Source of the DNA: Eledone cirrhosa
Lineage: Eukaryota
Direction: 5' to 3'
Length of the DNA: 64,000 bases
Assembly (NCBI GenBank): GCA_964016885.1
Contig: OZ024753.1
Span: forward strand, 2,232,001 to 2,296,000
Position 1 is the stretch's first letter. Each line of letters opens with the position of its first letter. Made by a program: the position numbers and the translations under genes. The notes under the pieces are model-generated. The model did no database searches. It saw only the letters and a program-made list of their open reading frames with translations, and was not told where the DNA came from. Positions 59,058-64,000 of the stretch are shown here, in pieces.

Positions 59058-59273
59058 GGGCGGTGGATTGGCAGTATCGGTAGAGGGTCGGACACCATGC
59101 TTTGCAGCAAAGAGTTACGGCCCTTTATGATCTGAGTTCAAATCCCGCCGAGGTTAACTTTGCCTTTCATCCTTACTGGGTCGATAAAATAAAGTACCAG
59201 TCACGCACTGGAGTCGATTTAATCGACTTTACCCTCCCTCAAAATTGCTGGCCTTGTGCCTATATAAGAAACC
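59058..59273 (+). mobile_element. SINE family A, full-length long variant with 15-bp TSD; central domain resembles the Meta-SINE core
   Basis: A box TGGCAGTATCGG, B box GAGTTCAAATCC, core CCTTTCATCC..GGGTCGATAAAAT..GTACCAG; ATTATTAAAATCTAA at 59043-59057 and 59274-59288. Confidence 0.92.
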
Positions 59274-61219
59274 ATTATTAAAATCTAAACCAATGCAAAA
59301 GTTCAATTTTCTGTGTCATATGTGGAGGTTACTTTATTTACTCTGTTAATGTCACTGGAGAAAACATGAATTCCTAAAACCTTTCCTCTAGACAATTGTG
59401 TGAGACACTCTTCATTCTTTATTTGCATATGATCAGAAATTATCCCAAATAATTTTGAAGTTTTCATTTATATATTTTAAATGCTTCCCCTCTTAACCAC
59501 GGAGGAATAACAATGTTGACCCTGATGCGTTTTCAGATAAATATATCCAAATACGCATTTCCAATGGTTAAAACAATGGATATGTCTCTTCCACATATTG
59601 ACGTCATTGTCATTATATTCAACCATATCCTACGCCATTTTCCATTTCCTTTTCATCGGACCACATTACCGATGCTTCTATTGTATAACGAAACATTTAG
59701 TCAAAATAGATTTCAGTTTATGCTCAACATTTAATTAGGCACATATTTTCTAAGAGTAGAGGCGTTTCTATGATGAACTAGGATGAATAAACATATGATG
59801 CAAACATATTTGGACAAATCTGTTACAAATTGATAATACCTCAATCTATTTTATAAAGTTTCTTTCAAACTTTAATACATCTCGAGGAAAACTAATCAGA
59901 GGGACACCCGTTAGTTTTAGTTATAGGAAAAGTATGCACTTTGCTATCACAAAGTATAAAATTTCCAGCAAATATTTCAGCCAGTGAAACTGTCATAATT
60001 TCATCGTTTCTTCCAGGTAATTGACTTAGGCATGGTAGTTTCTCTTTCAGCTATACCTTGTTACTCAAGGTCTATGTTGCCATTACGATTTGCGCTAGCG
60101 TTTAAATCTATCCCTACTTTTAGCGATAAAATCCTCAATATAGTGGACATCAGAGACAGCTAGAAAGGAAGATTTAGATAAATTATATGTTGAGTCCCAA
60201 ATACTCACAAATCGATATGGCAAATAATACAGCGAAAATTATATTCCTGTAAACTGGATGAGCGGTCTACTATTTCATCAAGATGTTACGTTATTTGTTA
60301 GGTTATCCTGCAGAAGGTTTAAATGAAGGACGATTATTGTTATATATATATACTTTCGATATATTACGAAATAGGCATTAACACGTTTTATACTGCTTTG
60401 AAAATATTCTTTGAGAAACATAAGCCACATGCGTTATACAAACCAACCTTCCTCTGATAAGTTTCTACGCTTAATAGGTTTTCACTTTAGATTATTTAGT
60501 GGGTTTCGTTCTACTTTGATCTAAGAAACTACCACTTGTTCAGTGCTCTGGTAGTTAGGAAGTTATGGCATATGATTTCCACTCCTCTCTACTTTGTCAT
60601 TCGATAATATAACTGTTTATAACATTGATTTTATGGATCGACGGGCGAAACTTTTTTTTCTATTTTCATTACATTCTGACTTAATGATTTTTATGTAATG
60701 TAAATGCAGAACCGAAATTTTGCTCAATCGAGTCAAAGTCATGTATTAAGTACACATGATGAAAGCTATGTAAATCTGAAAATAAGCATATCAATGTGAC
60801 ATAGACATTAGATGAACGTTTACTGAATATGCTATAGGGAATGAAAAATGATTACACTACGAATAAATCACAATAAAAATGTAGTCTATATAATTACAAG
60901 GAGAATAGAATATGTATGAGGTGTGTGCTGTACAAGTGAGTGAAAGAGCTAGAAAGTGCATATTGATACATTTGTAGCTAATATTCATACATTTGTAATT
61001 AATATTAGAATTCAACAGTTAATTCTTGTACTAGTGTCTGTTAACAGTTATCGTGAGTCAAAAACCTACAATACTTTAATTGATCATAATGATCCAATAT
61101 ATATTTCAGACTTTTACTTAATTTATTGATCATCATTGGTGGAATCAATAAGTTACGGAATATAAACGAGAACAAACATAAATAACAGCGGATTTTAGAC
61201 ATGAAAATATAAACGTACG

Positions 61220-61337
<118 letters not shown>

Positions 61338-61353
61338 CATATATATAGGTATG

Positions 61354-61507
<154 letters not shown>

Positions 61508-61724
61508 TTACGATCATAATGTCGTGGGTTCGATTTCCTGGGTTGCGTGTTGTGTTCTTGAGCAAAACACTTCATTTCACGTTGCTCCAGTATACTCAGC
61601 TATTGCTGGTACACATTTTCAGGTGAGGGTTTAACCCTGCGATGGACTGACGTCCTGTTCAGGGGGAGTTTTGTACTCTCAGTCGCCAAACGACCCTTCT
61701 GGCTTAAGACAGATTTTAGACTTT
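61508..61724 (+). mobile_element. SINE family B (CORE-like)
   Basis: B-box-like GGGTTCGATTTCC, GTGTTCTTGAGCAAAACACTT, then AACCCTGCGATGGACTGACGTCCTGTTCAGGGGG. Confidence 0.75.
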
Positions 61725-62944
61725 ATATATATATATATATATATAAGTATTTCCGTAGAAAAGGTAAAGGTAAACAATAAAAAAATAAAACAATAAAACA
61801 ATAACAAAAATATACCTAGCAATGGTATGTAATATGTCATTAAGTATGAAATACCCGAATTTGATTGAAAGGCCTAGAGGAAATCGTATTTAATGACCTA
61901 ATGTTTAATTAGAGGTTCATTTTCAGTCCCTCACATGGATGTTTTCTGGAGGACCTGATATGGAAGTGATGATCAGGGTGAGCATTTTCATTGGGATATT
62001 TCTTACATAGAAAAACAATACTAAGACAATCAGAGCCCTAGTATGTTTGTCACTTCTGTTGGACACTTAAGGATGACGGGAAATCTACCCAGGCATGTAT
62101 TTTGACTGTAGTTTAATAAATATGTAACTATATGTTAGTTAAAAAAACTAAATTGCATTCACACAAGAAGCTAATCAAAGACAGAAATATTTCAAACGTA
62201 TTTCGATGAGCGTTAAATAAATATACTATATGAACCTAGTAACACTATTCTTGTTACAGTGAATATTTGTTTTAGTTCTCTAGTGTAATCAGTTACTATA
62301 ACAGTATAGATTTATGACTAGAAAAATGTTTGTTATAACCCTGAAGAAGAGTTTAACAAACGAAATATTGCAATGTCTACACATTTACTTATTATCTAAC
62401 TTAGGCGTTGTCAGAATCAGATATTCCAGCTTATACAGATTGCGTATTTATCAACTGATATCTGCAATAAATCCTTTAACTATGTAGTTATAGCAATACG
62501 AATACCAACGAATGGTAAATTACATAATAACACCATAATGTATATGAATTAATTCAATATAAACGCTTAAGTTTAGTCTTGCTGAAAAGTAATTTCGTTT
62601 TATATCATATTCAAAGAATACTTAAAAGTGTAAAATCCGAAAATATAGATAACGGGCAACAGAAAAATTGGATGAAACTTGACTATATCAACATTGTGAT
62701 CATTCTGTTCTGAAAACTATATACCGTCTTAAGCAAGTATAATCCTCAAATTATTTTTAGAATAAATAACATAAATATTTGCATATTCACTTGATTCTTT
62801 GGTGTCTAGTCAAAAAATTATATTATTCATGCGCATACTTTTTATAAATGGAACACTAGTATATTTAGCATATCTATAACAATGTGTCCCCAATCTCTAT
62901 CTTATGAATAACATGCCATTAGTATAGTAAACAAATATGTTTGC

Positions 62945-63200
62945 CTTCTTCTTCTTCTTCTTCTTCTTCTTCTTCTTCTCTTCTTCTTCTTCTTCTTCTT
63001 CTTCTTCTTCTTCTTCTTCTTCTTCTATAGGGTGTTATCAGAAGCGACCATGTACATATGGTCTGGCTGGACCACCATGGTAGACCAATCGAACTTATTG
63101 ATGTTATCCAACCATCTTGCTCGTGCTCTACCTCTGCTTCTACTGACATTACATATAATATAACCCATGCATAATTCCTAAGCACTAATGCGTATATCTG
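62945..63200 (-). mobile_element. RTE-like LINE extreme 3' end with (GAA)n tail
   Basis: Minus strand translates to SRSRGRARARWLDNI followed by a (GAA)n tract. Confidence 0.65.
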
Positions 63201-63289
63201 AAGCATAGTTACAATAAAAGAGACTAATGGAAGAGAGAGACGTATGTTTCAAGTAATAGTTAGAAAATGATGCACATTAAAAAAAAAAA

Positions 63290-64000
63290 TAGTAGTTTCT
63301 TTAACCGATACTTGACAGTTGAGGAACATAACAACATAATATAAAACTGTTTATTTCCAAAACTTATTGGAGTATCAATGATGTCGAAATCAGCAATTCA
63401 GACAACGTATATGTTTAAATAAAAAAAAAGCAAAACAATTAAATATAAATTATGAAAAAACGTGTGGAATGTTGAGCTGAAGGAAACAGTGAATCGACTT
63501 CATTCAAACTCAGACTGGCTCATTACTATGGCTGCTCACCATTCTAATTGTCATGGATACATTTCTCAGACAATAAAACTGAAACAAATCTTTAGTAAAA
63601 TAGAAAGATATAATAAAAACGGAGCTAATTATACAAAAAATAATTTAAGTATAGATTTCTAATATAGACATAAGCTCATCAAAATTGGGGAGCCGGACAG
63701 AGTGGAAAAATCAACTCCATTTCTTGATCGCTATTTTATTTTATGTATAGGAGCAAATTTTGGAATAGAATAGAAAGGATTAGAATAAGGCAAATAAAAT
63801 CAACTTATGGTATGATAGCAATAAATACCAGAGTGTAATGTTCGTCAATACAACCCCTAGAAGCGAACTAGCTTACAGATTTAAAAGGGTTCTAGACACG
63901 CTCAAATTAAATATTAAGATAGTTGAAAGGCCAGGTATTCCCATAAAAACCATAGTTAGTACAATATACCCATTTCAACCCCACCCCTGTACTGATAGGA
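63290..64000 (+). mobile_element. Decayed Penelope-like element of a second lineage (RT C-terminus/thumb/linker), running off the window
   Basis: Pieces PILD, MMSKSAI and ELKETVNRLHSN; open frame from ~63802 reads LWYDSNKYQSVMFVNTTPRSELA..IKIVERPG..YPFQPHPC, matching the PLE pattern FVP.TP..L..KVVE..G..NPF..C. Confidence 0.68.

Noticed and set aside
59058-59150. tRNA-like A/B boxes
   Set aside because: Head of a SINE with TSDs; no complete cloverleaf
62341-62377. Hammerhead-like CTGAAGA...GAAATATTGCAATGTC
   Set aside because: Stem I does not pair, single copy, not in microsatellite context; could be a relic but unsupported
62919-63206. ORF with poly-Arg/poly-Glu
   Set aside because: Translation of the (GAA)n tail of a LINE fragment

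Overview
AT-rich, repeat-dense eukaryotic intronic or intergenic DNA. The SINE families and extreme (TA)n content suggest an octopus-like cephalopod (inference). No host protein-coding exon could be supported, and nearly all long ORFs in the track are translations of (TA)n/(CA)n/(GA)n microsatellites. Recognisable elements: a decayed Penelope-like retroelement (RT + GIY-YIG, Naiad-like, 18594-20520, minus), a second Penelope-like fragment running off the right end, fragments of CRE- and RTE-clade LINEs, two tRNA-derived SINE families (several copies with TSDs) and two non-autonomous Helitron-like elements. The main signal is a set of short non-coding families (labelled F1-F8 here) sitting in (TA)n or (CA)n tracts. 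F2, F3, F4, F6 and F7 carry minimal type I hammerhead ribozyme motifs, mostly with palindromic stem III, and F5 carries the 3' half of one. They recur as head-to-head fold-back palindromes with a variable apex, one longer arm, and ribozyme-sense 3' ends pointing outward. One also occurs as a spacer-free 423-nt head-to-tail repeat. This is consistent with non-autonomous Penelope-type pLTR/retrozyme-like elements that integrate by a fold-back mechanism. All folds were done by eye.
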